From Mobula hypostoma (taxonomy: Eukaryota): a stretch of DNA of 64,000 nt. Positions 37,096-49,490 of the stretch are shown here, one piece after another (position 1 is the stretch's first letter; each line of letters starts with the position of its first letter). Location of the stretch: positions 25,546,001 through 25,610,000 of the forward strand of contig NC_086109.1 in the NCBI RefSeq assembly GCF_963921235.1, given 5' to 3'. The notes beneath the pieces are model-generated. The model was not told the origin of the DNA. It worked only from the letters and a program-made list of their open reading frames with translations, and did no database searches. Both the position numbers and the translations under genes were made by a program.

Positions 37096-38039
37096 GAATG
37101 GAATATGCTATTAGTACAGATGTTGTGTAGGCAGAATCTATTAGTTTAGTTGGACATTTGATGCAACATTGTGGGCCGAAGGGCTTGTTCTTATGCTGCA
37201 CTCTTCCATATTCAGTGTAAAAGCTCGCAGGTGGAAGGGCATTGCAGACGTTGCGAAATACTGTTCCCATGAGAAAGTGGAGCTACACCTCAGGTTCCAG
37301 TTGCTCTGACCATTAATCCAGATGTTGCCCTAGACAATTCTCTTTCAATTCCTTACTCAATACAAGCCCTAAGCATAGCTCCTCTCCTTCTGACTAAGCA
37401 TACTGCATACTTCCACACTCAACACTGAATTCCAAAATTACAGTTAATCAAAAGTACAGCCGATGAACCTCACATTTCTGTGATTCTTCTCCCCTTCTGG
37501 AAATTACAGATAATTGTTCACCATTTTAACAACCTGTTATTATTCTCTCATGTCTTCACCACTTTCTTTCATCCTGTCCTGTTGCCTCTTTGTTTTCTAT
37601 TTCTCGCCTACTCTCCAACCTAACATGGATGTTTGTATTTGTCCTTCAATTCCCCCTTTATTGTTTCCCTAACTGTTGAAATTTGTTTTCCCTCCAATCT
37701 TTCCCATATCTGATGAAAGAAAATCAGCCTGAGCAATGAACTCTAATTCCTTCTCCAAAGGTGCTGCTTGCCTTGCCTTTTCTGCATTATTGATGAAGAG
37801 AGACTAACTGCCCTCAGTGGTCAGAAAATGGCCTCTCTACAATAGCTATTTCCAGTTCTCCATCTCATAAACTACTCACTCAATCAGGAGGCAGCACCAC
37901 TGAGGAATCTCACTGATATCAAAAGTGAAGCTATTCCCTTGACTTGTACTTCTGTCACTTGATCATCCAATACCTCCACCCATCACATCTTCTCCACCAA
38001 CCCACCTTTCATACCCCTGCCACTTGGCTTTTCTGACTT

Positions 38040-38372
38040 AGACCATAAGATATAGGGAGGGCATTGGGCCATTTGGCCCATCGGGTCTGCTGCTCTATTT
38101 CTTCATGGTCGATTCATTCCCCTCTCAGCCCCAATCTCCTGTTTCTCCCTGCATCCCTTAATGACAAATCAAGAATCTATCAATCTCTGTCTTCGATATA
38201 CCCAGTGATTTGGCCTCCAAGGTCACTTGTGGCAATGAATTCCACAGATTCACCATTGTCTGGCTAAAGAAATTCCTCTTCATCTCCATTCTGAGGCTGT
38301 GTCCTCTGGTCCTAGACTCCCCCACCATAAGAAACATTCTCTCCACATCCACTCTTTCAAGGCTTTTTAACA
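38040..38372 (-). mobile_element. CR1 3' fragment
   Basis: LERVDVERMF..GESRTRGHSLR...RNFFSQ..VNLWNSLPQ. Confidence 0.8.
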
Positions 38373-40227
38373 TTCTCTTTACTCCCTTCATATTCCGCCC
38401 AGTCAAATTCTTCAACCCCTTACTCCCTCTGTTTCGTCCATCCTCCTCCCGTTGACCACGCAGCTATTCTACAATATCTCACACATTTAAAACAAGCAAC
38501 CTATAAATTTCTCTGCCCAATTCAGGCATCTAGAAGCCATCAATCCTTAATAAGCCCTCAATATAGAAATTAACGGTCACCTGGCATCCTTGCTTTACTA
38601 TTTTCTATATTTCAGTTTTTGGTATTTACAGTACATTACATTGTTTCTCTTTTCATGCCTTACAGTACTGTTTCCCACTGGGGACCAATACACTTTGATT
38701 GTGGTTGTCTTAGTCTGTGTGACCTTCAAATAAATATCACACATTTGTCTTAGAATTCGCTGACCCTTTTTTACTGAAAATTAACCAGAGTCCAGCCAGG
38801 TATCAGCAGGTTGCTTGTTATCATATACCAATCCGAAACACCAGCATTCATTTCCAGCAAAGTTCGATGATTCATATTGCTGCACCCCCTTCGCTCCAGG
38901 TGTCGAGTCAAAATCTATTAGCTATATACTCTAAATAAAGGCAGATCAGACAGAATCAGCTTCTCAGTAATCTGACCTGGGCAACTAGATATGAAGGCCC
39001 ATGCCGTATGTTTGGTTCTCAAGAGTTAACTCAGCTGGTTGCACAATCTCATGCATTGCCATAGCAACTGTCACTATGCAAACAAAATCTCGGATGTGAT
39101 TTTTCTCAAGTGGGATTTTGCATGCTAATGAAGTGTCCAGGATAAGTCCCAGCATTTGCCAAGTTTGTGACGCAATCATGCTGGCAAAAGGTGAGCTGGG
39201 AGGGCAATTTGCCTCAGTGTCTGAATGATTTCAATCCATTTTGCTCCGTTAAATGATATTGAAACATGTTATAGCAGGTTAAGGGCAGTGATAAATTGTT
39301 CTACAGTAATTAGTGGCATTTTCTGAATGAGGTAGAAGCATTTACCAATGCAGGTATAGATAATTGGATTACAGCCATTCACCCAGTCCATCTACACTGA
39401 GGGCAGACCCAGGGTTGATTCACCCAACTGAGCTGTCTGAACAGACTGAGGGAGATGGGTAAGCCAGCTCACGTTTTGTAAATACATTAAATCTTAAACC
39501 TGATGTGCAATGGTATCACTTAACAGTGCTAATATGTTGTGTTAGAGAGAGTTCAGGAGCTGAGACTAAACTGAAGCAAAATGGAAAGACACAAGAAACA
39601 CTGGCAGAATCTGGAGCAAAGAGCAAACTGCCAGAGGAACCCAGCAGGTCATAGAGTCAAAGAATTAGGTAGCACAGAAACAGGCTCTTCTGCCTAGCCT
39701 GTCCACGTTGATCAAGTCACTTAGTTGAGCTAGTCCCATATCACTCTAATCCTTTTCTATCCAATTACCGACCTAGATGTCTTTTAAATGCTGTGATTGT
39801 AGCTGTCTCCACCATGTCCTTTGGCAGCTCATTCCGTATATTCAACACCCTCTGTGTGCAAAAGTTTCTCCTCTGGTCCTTTTAAATCCATCTCTTCTCA
39901 CCTACAATCTATGTGTTCTAGTTGTAGACTCCTCTAACGTGAGAAAGTACTGAGTCCCTGTATCCCATTAATCACACTATTATACTAATTCTCCCTTCGC
40001 TTCATTCTTTACACTCCCCACGTTCTCGGATTTCACCACCCACCTATATATACACCAGAGGCAATTTACAGTGGGCAAAATGACCAACCAACCTACAACT
40101 CTTTGCAATGCGATAGAAAACCAGAGTGCCCAGAGAAAACCCAAGTGGTCACAGGGAACAACACGCTCAGTGCTGGAGGATGGGATTGAATCCTGTCTCT
40201 CTCACAATAAGGCAATTAAAAAATAAT

Positions 40228-40603
40228 GTCTTATGAGCAAAGTTTAAGTGACCTGGGGGTTTTCTCCCTTTGGGGTGAAGGAGACTGAGAGGCAACTTGA
40301 TAGAGGTGTATAAGATTATATGAGGCATAGACAGAGTGGGCAGCCAGAGCAGATATGGCTGAGATGAGAGGGCATATTTTTAAGGTGATTGGTGGAAAGT
40401 ATAGGGAGATGTTAGAGGTAGGTTTTTTTAACACAGAGTGGTTGGTGCATGAGGTGGCAGTAGAAGCAGATACATTGGAACATTTAAGAGACTCTTAGAA
40501 AAGCACATGGATAATAAAAAAAGTGGAGGGCTATGTGGGTGGGAAGCATCAGGTTGATTTTGGATAGGTTAAATGTCAGCACAACATCTTGGACCGAAGG
40601 GCC
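40228..40603 (+). mobile_element. CR1 3' fragment
   Basis: LGVFSLW.RRLRGNLIEVYKI remnant; 3' end ggaccgaagggcc. Confidence 0.7.
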
Positions 40604-40604
40604 T

Positions 40605-42147
40605 TGGCCACTTTAAAAGGCAAACCAATACAATTGCTCATTGACCAATCATGTGGCAGCAACTCAATGCATAAAAGCATGCAGACATGGTCAAGAGGTT
40701 GAGTTGTTGTTCAGACCAAACACCAGAATGGGGAAGAAATGGGATCAAAGTGACTTTGATTGGGGAATGGCTGTTGGTGCCAGATGGGGTGGTTTGAGCA
40801 TTTCGGAAACTGCTGATCTCCCAGGATTTTCATGCACAACAGTCTCCAGAGCTTACAGAGAATGGTGCCAAAAACAAACAAGTAAATCCTGTAAGTGGAA
40901 GTTTAGTGGGCAAAATGGCTTGCTAATGAGCCAAGTCGGGGAGAATGGCCAGACTGGTTCAAGCTGATAGAAAGGCAACGGTAAATAAAATGGTGGTGGC
41001 ATCCGTTAGTCTCGTGAGATAATGGACCTGCACCTGGAAAGTCTTGCTTCAGTCTGTGTTAGAGCAGCGTCTGTTGTGGCTGTAGAGTCCCACACAGGAG
41101 TGACAGTCTCGGCTGCAGCAACTGCACTTGAAGGCGCTGTCCTCCAGTGTTGTCTTGGCGCTGTTTTTCTGATGAGTGCGCTTTTTTTCAGCAGCAAGCC
41201 TCAGCTTCTCTTCTCCTCTTTTTAGATCTCTGCGTAGTTCCAGCCTCCAGCGAGAGTGATCTCTTGTGATGTCCTCCCACCTCTCAACATTCATGTTCAG
41301 TGACTTCATGTCTCTCTTGCAGACGTCTTTGAAACGAAGATGGGGCCGCCCTTGTGCTCTCTTGCTGGAGGCCAGTTCCCTGTAAAGCAGGTCTTTCAGG
41401 ATCCTCCCGTCTGACATGCGGTGTACGTGGCCCAGCCAGCGGATATGGCGTTGTTGGAGCAGGGTAAAGAGGCTGGGATCTGGGCGTGGGCCAGGACTTC
41501 ATTGTTGGTGACTGGGTCAGTCCAGTTGATGTCCGGGATACGTCTCAGGCTGCGCAGGTGGAAGGCGTTGAGACGCCAGCTGTTGTCTGTAGTAGAGGCT
41601 CTAGGTCTTGCTGCAGTAAAGCAGTGTGCTGAGGACGCAGGCCTTGTAGACTGCAACCTTGGTGTGCGTCATCTGCTTTCTGTTCTCCCAGACTCTCTTT
41701 GTCAGCCTGGCGAATGTTGAGGCTGCTCGTCCGACCCGTCTGTTGATCTCGGGGTCTAGGGAGAGGCTGTCCGTGATGGTGGAGTCAAGGTATGTAAACT
41801 CGTGAACTACCTCCAGCTCGTAGTTGTTGATGGTAATGGCAGAGGAGTGCTCAATGCCTTGGCCCAACACATTGGTCTTCTTCAGGCTGATGGTTCAGTT
41901 GAAGTCCTGGCAGGCTCTTGAGAAGCTGTCCATGAGGCGTTGCAGTTGCTCTTCAGAGTGTGTTGCCAGTGTTGCATCGTCTGCAAACAACATCAGATAA
42001 CCTCGTGTTACAACAGTGGTGTGCAGAACTGCATCTCTGAATGCTCAGCCTGTCAAATCTTGAACAGGATTGTCCACAGGAGCAGAAAACCTTGAACATA
42101 CAATCAGTGGCCACTTTATTAGGTACAGGAGGTACCAAATGAGTGTA
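40605..42147 (+). mobile_element. Tc1-derived element interrupted by an RTE LINE
   Basis: tggccacttt..., MGKKWDQSDFDWGMAVGARWGGLSISETADL; resumes at ~41995; TIR copy cagtggccactttattaggtac at ~42105. Confidence 0.78.
40992..41992 (-). mobile_element. RTE-clade LINE 3' fragment (RT C-terminus + C2H2 finger), frameshifted
   Basis: LFADD, FTYL.STIT, KVAVYKACVLSTLLY, GRPHLRFKDVCKRD, CSCC..C...GLYSH. Confidence 0.87.
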
Positions 42148-42694
42148 TATTGCTAGCTAAACCAGTATTTATTATGCATACCAAACTTTTCATGCAGAAG
42201 TGTGATGAGCTGTCTTCTTCAATCACTGTAATCCATATGGCATAAGTATCTCCATATTGCTGCTCAGTAGGGAGTTTGAGGATTTGGATTTAGTGACAAT
42301 GAAGTCAATTTGATTTAGTAACAATGATAATAAGCTATTTCCAAAATGGGATCATGTGGGACTTAGTGGTTCTTGAAGCCTAAGGTGCCCCAGTTTTTCT
42401 GCAATTTTCGCTCTGGGTTTCAGAAGATATGGACTTGGCAGGTGTTTTTCAAAGAAGGTATGGAAAATTTCTCAACTTATAGTTAACATGTATACAGCCA
42501 CTTTGGTGAAGGAAAGGAAAAATATTTTAGGAGGAGAACAGGATATCAAAAAGTGGGCTTGTATGTCTTAATTGGTAACAATCTAAATTATTTTTGAACC
42601 TTGACTCATTGGGCGTATCATGAGTATTCCATCAGATTACTGACCTGAATGAGTGTATGTTGGAAAGGCCTCAGAAATAATAATCAAATGCTTG

Positions 42695-44850
42695 AGATAT
42701 TGCATGATGCCATCTTCAAACAAGAAACAGTCCATCCTGACACATTTCAAATCATAGTCAGGGATTTCAACCAGGCTTGTTTGAAGAAATCCTGGCCCAA
42801 TTAGCATCAGCATATAACCTGTAGCACCAGAGGACCCAACATGCTATACTACTGTTATGCTGAAATAAGGGATGCCAACCGTTCCATGCCCAGAATGCAT
42901 CTCGGTAAATCTGAGCCCTTGGCGGTCCTTCTGCTACAGTCGGTAGACTGGCTCATATTCAGGGACTCATCTGTGGCTCCGAATGAATACACCATGGTTG
43001 TCACAAGCTTTATTAAAGCAATTGTAGATTGAGTGTGCCCCCACAAAATCATCCCAACCAGAAACCCTGGATGAACCATGAGATCCGCAATCTACTGAGG
43101 GCCAGATCTGGTGACCAAGAACGATACAAGAGATCTAGATACGTCCTCTGGAAAGCCAATTCAGGGGCAAAGTCGCAATTCCAGACTAAACCTGAGTCAA
43201 CCAAGGATGCTTGACAGTTGTGGCAGTGCTTGAATACTCTCACCCTTTATAAAGTAAGATCAAGCGACATAGGCAACAACAGGGATTCACTTCCAGATGA
43301 GCTCAATGCCTTCTGTGCTCTCTTTGACCATCAAAATATGGAGGAACCATCACAGACTCCCACAGTCCCCAGTGATGCTGTGATTTCAGTTTCTGAGGTC
43401 GACGTGCAATCAGCCTTCAGGAGGGAGAACCCAGGAAAAACATCCGGCCCAGACAGCGTACCTGGCCAAGTACTAAAGACCTGTGCTGATCAGTTGGCTG
43501 GAGTGTTCACTGAGATCTTTAAGCTCTTGCTTTGGCAGTCTGAGGCACCCACCTGTTTCAAGCAGACTTCATTGATACCAGTGCCTAAGAAGGCCATGGT
43601 AAGCAGCCTCAATGACTATCATTTAGTGGCACTTACATTCGCAATGTTGACGTGTTTTGAGAGGTTGGTGATGATACATATCAACAGTCTGAGAAGAGAA
43701 TTGGACCCACTCCAATTTGCCTACCGGCACAACAGGTCCGAGTAGTTCAAATCTCTTTGGCTTTTCACTCAAGCCTAGAACATCTGAATAGCACAGGTGC
43801 ATACATCAGGATGCCCTTTATCAACTACAGCTCAGCATTCAATACCATCATCCCCTCAGAACTAATCAGTACGCTTCGAGACCTTGTGCTTAGCCACAGC
43901 CACAAGGCTGTGCGCTTAGCTCTCTATTCTACTCACTTTACACTTATGACTGTGTGGCTAAGCAGAGCCCCGATGCCATTTTCAACTTTGCTGATGACAC
44001 CAGAGTCTAGGCTGAATCAAAGATGGTGATGAACCAGCATATATCAGGGAAATTGAAAATCTGGCTGAGTGGTGTGATAACCATAATCTCTCACTCAATG
44101 CCACCAAGATAAAGGAGCTGATTATTGACTTCAGGAGGAGGACACCAGCGGTCCATGAGCCAGTCCTCATCGGAGGATCAGAAGTGGAGGGGGTCAGCAA
44201 CTTTAAAATTTTCAGTGTTATTATTTTGTTGGACCTGTTCTGGGCCCAACGTGTAAGTGCAATTATGAAGAAAGCATGGTAGCAACTCGACTTCCTTAGA
44301 AATTTGCAAAGATTAAACGTGACATCTAAAATTTTGACAAACTTCTGATACATATGTAGTGGAGAATATATTGGCTGGCTGCATCATAGCCTGGTATGGA
44401 AACACCAATGCCCTTGAACAGAAAATCCTGCAAAAAGTAACGGATATGTCCCAGTCCGTCATGGTTACAGCCCTATCCACCATTGAGCACATCTACACAA
44501 AGTGTTGTCACTGGAAATCAGCCTCCATCATCAGGGACCCCCACACCCAGATCATACTCTGTTCTTTCTGTTGCCATAAGGAAGAAGGTAGAGGAGCCTC
44601 AGGACTCACACCTGCAGGTTCAGGAATAGTTGTTACCTCTCATCCATCAAAGAGGATAATTTCACTCAACTTTACTTGCCTCATCATTGAAATATTCCCA
44701 CAACATTGGGACTCACTTTCAAAGATTCTTCATCTCTTGTTCTTGATATTTATTGCTTATTTATTTTATATTATTATTTCTTTCTTTTTGTATTTAACAG
44801 TTTGTTGTCTTTTGCACATTAGTTGAATGCCCAAGTTGTTGCATTCTTTG
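42695..44850 (+). mobile_element. Decayed Rex1/Babar LINE (EN end, RT, 3' UTR)
   Basis: [79 protein letters not shown]. Confidence 0.85.
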
Positions 44851-44914
44851 AACCTTGAAAATCAAAGAGTAAGTCACTCACTGCAAAATGCATTTAGTAG
44901 AGACTTTACTAGTT

Positions 44915-45675
44915 ACTTCATGCACCTAATTAAGTGGCCACGGAGTATATGTTTGTGGTTTTCTGCTTCTGTAACCCATCCACTTCAAGGTTCAAAGTGT
45001 TGTGCATTCAGAGATTGTCTTCTGCACCCCACTGTTGTAATGTGTGGTTATTTGAGTTACTGTCGCCTTCTTGTCGGCTTGAACCCGACTAGCCACTCTC
45101 CCCTGATCTCCCTCATTAACAATGCACTTCTGCCCACAGGAATGCCACTCATTGGATGTTTTATTCAAACATGAGAAAGTCTGCAGATGCTGGAAATCTA
45201 TAGCAACGCACGAAGTTCTGGAGGAACTCAGCAGGTCAGGCAGCATCTATAGAAGAGTAAACAGTTGACATTTCGGGCTGAGATCCTTCTTCCTGAAGAA
45301 GAGACTTGGCCTGAAACATTGACTGTTTACTCTTTTCCATAGATGCTGCCTGACCTGCTGAGTTCCACCAGTATTTTGTGTGTGAATGGTTTTTCTGTTT
45401 TTCACACCATCCTCTGTAAGCTCTAGAAACTGTTATGTGTAAAAATGACAGGAGATGAACAGTTCCTGAGATCCTCAAACTACCCCATCCAGCACCAACA
45501 ATCATTCTACAGTCAAAGTCACTTTGATCACATTTGTTCCCCATTCTGATGTTTGGTCTGAACAACTGAACCTCTTGACCATGTCTGCATGCTTTGATAC
45601 ATTGAGTTGCTGCCACGTCATTGGCTATTAAGATATTTACATCAATGGCGTACCTAATGAAGTTACCACTGAATG
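44915..45675 (-). mobile_element. Tc1-derived element containing a fold-back Penelope-end insertion
   Basis: Same family as 48831-49372; TIR remnants at ~44921-44946 and ~45650-45675. Confidence 0.75.
45170..45383. repeat. Fold-back element of inverted Penelope ends with back-to-back hammerhead remnants
   Basis: ggaggaactcagcaggtcaggcagcatctatagaagagtaaacagttgacatttcgggctgag / cttggcctgaaacattgactgtttactcttttccatagatgctgcctgacctgctgagttccacc. Confidence 0.8.
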
Positions 45676-45682
45676 TATCTAC

Positions 45683-45860
45683 TCACACAAAATGCTGGAG
45701 GAACTCAGCAGATCAAGCAGCATCCATAGAGAGGAATAAACAGTCACTGCTTCTGTCTGAGATTCTTAATCAAGAGCTGATCCTCCATAGATGCTGCCTG
45801 ATCTGCTGAATTCCTTCTGCACTGTGTGTGTGTTAGTCTGGATTTCCAGCATCTGCAGAA
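45683..45860. repeat. Fold-back element of inverted Penelope ends
   Basis: ggaactcagcagatcaagcagcatccatagag ... ctccatagatgctgcctgatctgctgaattcc. Confidence 0.75.
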
Positions 45861-46006
45861 TATTGTAAATTTATAATCTGTTGCAAAATATTTAACATCT
45901 AATCTGCTCCTCTGCCCAGAACATTTGTGTGGTTTGTCCAGTTAAGTTTCTATACGGCAGTAATGCAAGGATGTTGATGACACTGGATCAATTAGTGATG
46001 ATGATA

Positions 46007-46897
46007 CAGGTTCAGCCCCCCTTATCCATAATGCTTGGGCCTGGAATTATTTTGGCTTCTGGATTTTTTTAGATTTCTGAATATTTGCATCTATATAATG
46101 AGATGCCTTTGGGATGGGAGCCAAGTATAATCCATTAAATCCATTTATATTACATATACAAATTACACATATACACTGAAGATAGTTTTACATAATATTT
46201 TAAATAATTCTGTGCATGAAACAATAACGTATGCATTGAATCATCAGAAAAGTAAGCTATCACTACCTCCACCGCCCAGGTGGACAGTCAGTGGCTATTT
46301 GGCATCACCATCATTCCCAATTCTGAATTTATGTGCTACCGCTTAGCAGTCTTTGTCTTACACTTGTTTATCACACATATGTACTGATGCAGCCATTCAG
46401 CATGTTAGATTTTCATCAGCAACAATTTGGGCAAACTTATGAATGAATTTCTCTGGTGCTTCATGACCACCAGATGCTTTAAGACTTTAAAGCTGTACCT
46501 TTTCTTTAATTTCTGCAACCAGCCTGCTGAAAGTATATAATCACCTTAAATTTTCAGTTTGTCATGATAGATCTTTGCTTGTTTCATGATTAGCACACCA
46601 TTAAGCAGCATATGCTCACTCCGAGTCTAACGAATCCACTCTTTCAATACACAATCAAGATCTTCATTTTTCACTTTATGCAGTGTTTTTCTCTTTTTCG
46701 TTAACTTCTGTTCATTACATATGTGAGGTCACTTCTCAAAACTGCCTGTGGTATGCAAAGACCTGTGCATCACCAGAGCGCCTTCCCAGCGCTTTGTGGA
46801 ATTTTCCATTTGTGTTGTCGTGTCAGCAGTGAAAAAGAAAATTTGGGTTTTGGAGGTTTTCAGATTTTGGAATTTTAAATAAAGGGTGTTCAACCTA
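46007..46897 (-). mobile_element. Tigger (Tigger4/Zombi-like) internally deleted transposon
   Basis: TA-caggttcagcccccttatcc ... aataaagggtgttcaaccta-TA; minus-strand CENP-B-type HTH remnant KRKTLHKVKNEDLDCVLKEWIR...KQAKIYHD...SAGWLQKLKKR at ~46490-46700. Confidence 0.85.
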
Positions 46898-46914
46898 TAT
46901 TATTAAGTATCAGC

Positions 46915-47095
46915 CATGGATTTAGTTAATACATTTCTGAGTCTGTAGTTTCATGTGCCACTCCAGAGGCTTGTGCTTAAAAACCAAGGGCACCAATGGA
47001 GTGCTTCTGTACTGTCAGAAACGCCATCTTAGAAAGGGGTTGCTGAACTAGCATTCCATCTGCCTTTTAAGAAGGACATAAAAATCCCTTGGCGC
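46915..47095 (+). mobile_element. Ancient Deu-domain SINE remnant (SacSINE1/AmnSINE1-like)
   Basis: ggagtgcttctgtactgtcagaaacgccatctt...ccatctgccttttaagaaggacataaaaatcccttggc resembles the recalled Deu domain; appears to resume at ~47610. Confidence 0.45.
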
Positions 47096-47609
47096 ATGAG
47101 TCCCCAAAATCTTAAGGACTTTCTACGGGGGCACAATTGAAAGCATCCTGACTGGCTGCATCACTGCCTGGTATGGGAACTGTACTTCCCACAATTGCAG
47201 GACTCTGTAGAGAGTGGTGCAGACAGCCCAGCGCACCTGTAGATGTAAACTTCCCACTATTCGGGACATTTACAGAGACAGGTGTGTAAAAAAGGCCCAA
47301 AGGTTCATTGGGGACTCGAGTCACCCCAAGTACAAACTGTTCCAACTGCTGCCATCTGGGAAACTGTACCACAGCACCAAAGCCAGGACCAACAGGCTCC
47401 GGGACAGCTTCTCCCACCAGGCTATCGGTCTTATTAACTCACACTTACACAATTGTATTTCTATGCTATATTGACTGTCCTGTTGTACATACTATTTACT
47501 AAAAATTACCATAAATTGCACATTGCACATTTAGACGGAGACGCAACATAAAGATTTTTACTCCTCGTTTATGTGAAGGATGTATGTAATAAAAGTCAAT
47601 TCAATTCAA
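47096..47609 (+). mobile_element. Rex1/Babar LINE 3' fragment
   Basis: FYGGTIESILTGCITAWYGN, LFQLLPSGK..HSTKARTNRLRDSF; (TCAAT)n tail. Confidence 0.85.
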
Positions 47610-48830
47610 AGAAGAGTGGAGTCATGACTCTAGATTGTTTATTAGTCAATCATCAACAAAAAGTTCTTCCAAAAACATTCCAGCTGGGAAGTTAATTAGT
47701 CGCTGTAAATTGTCCTTAATATATAGATGAATACTAGGGTCCAAGTGAGTGGATGGGACTGTGGGAGAGAACAAAACAGCATTAGCGCAGGAACAGTGTA
47801 AAAAGGTACTTGATGGTTAGCGTGCATTTAGTAGGCTGATGATCCATTTTGCTAAGCGGGATGAGTCTATAACTGTATGACTGTAAAGGGACTTTCTGAT
47901 CATTATTGCTGTGACGCTTGTGGTACCTCATCACTGCTGTCATAAATATGTGGCCTGTACTGCTGAATATTTCAATGCTTCTCAGTGTCAGTTTCAGACG
48001 TACACATTGTCCAAGTCTCTCTATTCAAGCTTTTGTCATAAAATACCTGGCAGCAAAGTCAGTTATCTCATAGTTATTAAGTCAAAGATTTCACAGCTTG
48101 GAAATGGCCCTTCAACCCATTTCAATTATGCTAGTCACGGTGCCTTCTTGAGCAAATACCATTTGCCTGCATTTGGCCCATATCCCGCTGAGCTATTCAT
48201 GTAACAGTCCAAATGTCTTTTAAATATTGTAATTGTACCTGCCTCTACCACTTCCTACGGCAGCTCTTTCCATGTACCTGCCACCCACCAAATCGTGCTA
48301 AAGTTTCCAGTCAAATAAATTCCCATCCAAGTGAAATGCAATTGTAACCATAACTCTAAATGGCTGCGGATCTAGGGATTTAAATAACAGAGAAGCTAAT
48401 TTTACAGAACTGGCGCTTAGTTAGCAATGAGTACTAATGGTGAGATTTATATCACTTGTATCAAGCAAACCTCTAAAAAGGATTTATTCTTGTAGACTAT
48501 ATGTCAGGTGTTACACGCTTCAGTTTAATTCACCACACAGCAATGCTGATAAGTGGGCTATTTATAAATAATTCTTTTCCTTTGCCATATTGTCATGAGG
48601 TTCAGTCTCAGGGGATGTGTAACCAAAATTTGTTCCTGTGATTTCTACTTTAATGCTGTTGTCTGCATGAGACAGTGAGACTCTGCTCTTTTTATATTAG
48701 GGAGCCTGAGAAGAATTCTACCTCTGCCAACTTTGAAATGATCTTGGAACAACCTAAGCAAATTTCCATGCAAGTTAACCCCACGTTGCCAAGTTCTGCA
48801 GAATCCAGTACAAATACAATGGGAAGCAGA

Positions 48831-49372
48831 CACTCAAGTGTTCACTTTATTAGTTACGTCCTGTATTTAATAAAGTGGCCGCTGAGAGTATGTCCATGGT
48901 CTTCTGTTGTTGTAGACCGTCCACTTCAAGATCCAACATGTTGTGCATTTAAAGATGCTCTTCTGCACTGTTGTAAAGCATAGTTATTTGAGTTACTGTG
49001 GTCTTTCTAGCAGCTTGAACCAGTCTGGCCATTCTCCTCTGACCTCTCTCATTAACAAAGCGTTTTTGCCCACAGAACTCCACTCACTGGATTTTTTTTT
49101 TCGCACCATTCTCTGTAAACTCTAAAGACTATTGTTTGTGAAAATTCCAGGATATTCAAACCACCCCATCTAGCACCGGTAATCATTTCATAGTCAAAGT
49201 CACTTAGATCACATTTCTCCCACATTCTGATATTTAGGTTGAACAACAACTGAACCTCTTGACCATACCCACATGCTTTTGTGCATTGAGTTGCTACCAC
49301 CTGACTAGCAGGTTAGAAATTTGCATTAACGAGCAGTTGTACACATGTACCTAATAAAGTGGCCACTGAGTG
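48831..49372 (-). mobile_element. Tc1-derived non-autonomous element with a doubled (hairpin) TIR at one end
   Basis: cactcaagtgttcactttattagttac...gtatttaataaagtggccgctgagag (48831-48888); other end gtacctaataaagtggccactgagtg-TA. Confidence 0.82.
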
Positions 49373-49407
49373 TATGTAGAAATATTGTGGGTCTGTCTGG
49401 GTGATGA

Positions 49408-49416
49408 GTGTGTGTG

Positions 49417-49489
<73 letters not shown>
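49408..49489. repeat. (TG)n(TA)n(TG)n microsatellite
   Basis: Seen directly. Confidence 0.97.

Positions 49490-49490
<1 letters not shown>

Noticed and set aside
36590..37270. 226-aa minus-strand ORF
   Set aside because: Antisense to a decayed CR1 ORF1/ORF2 remnant.
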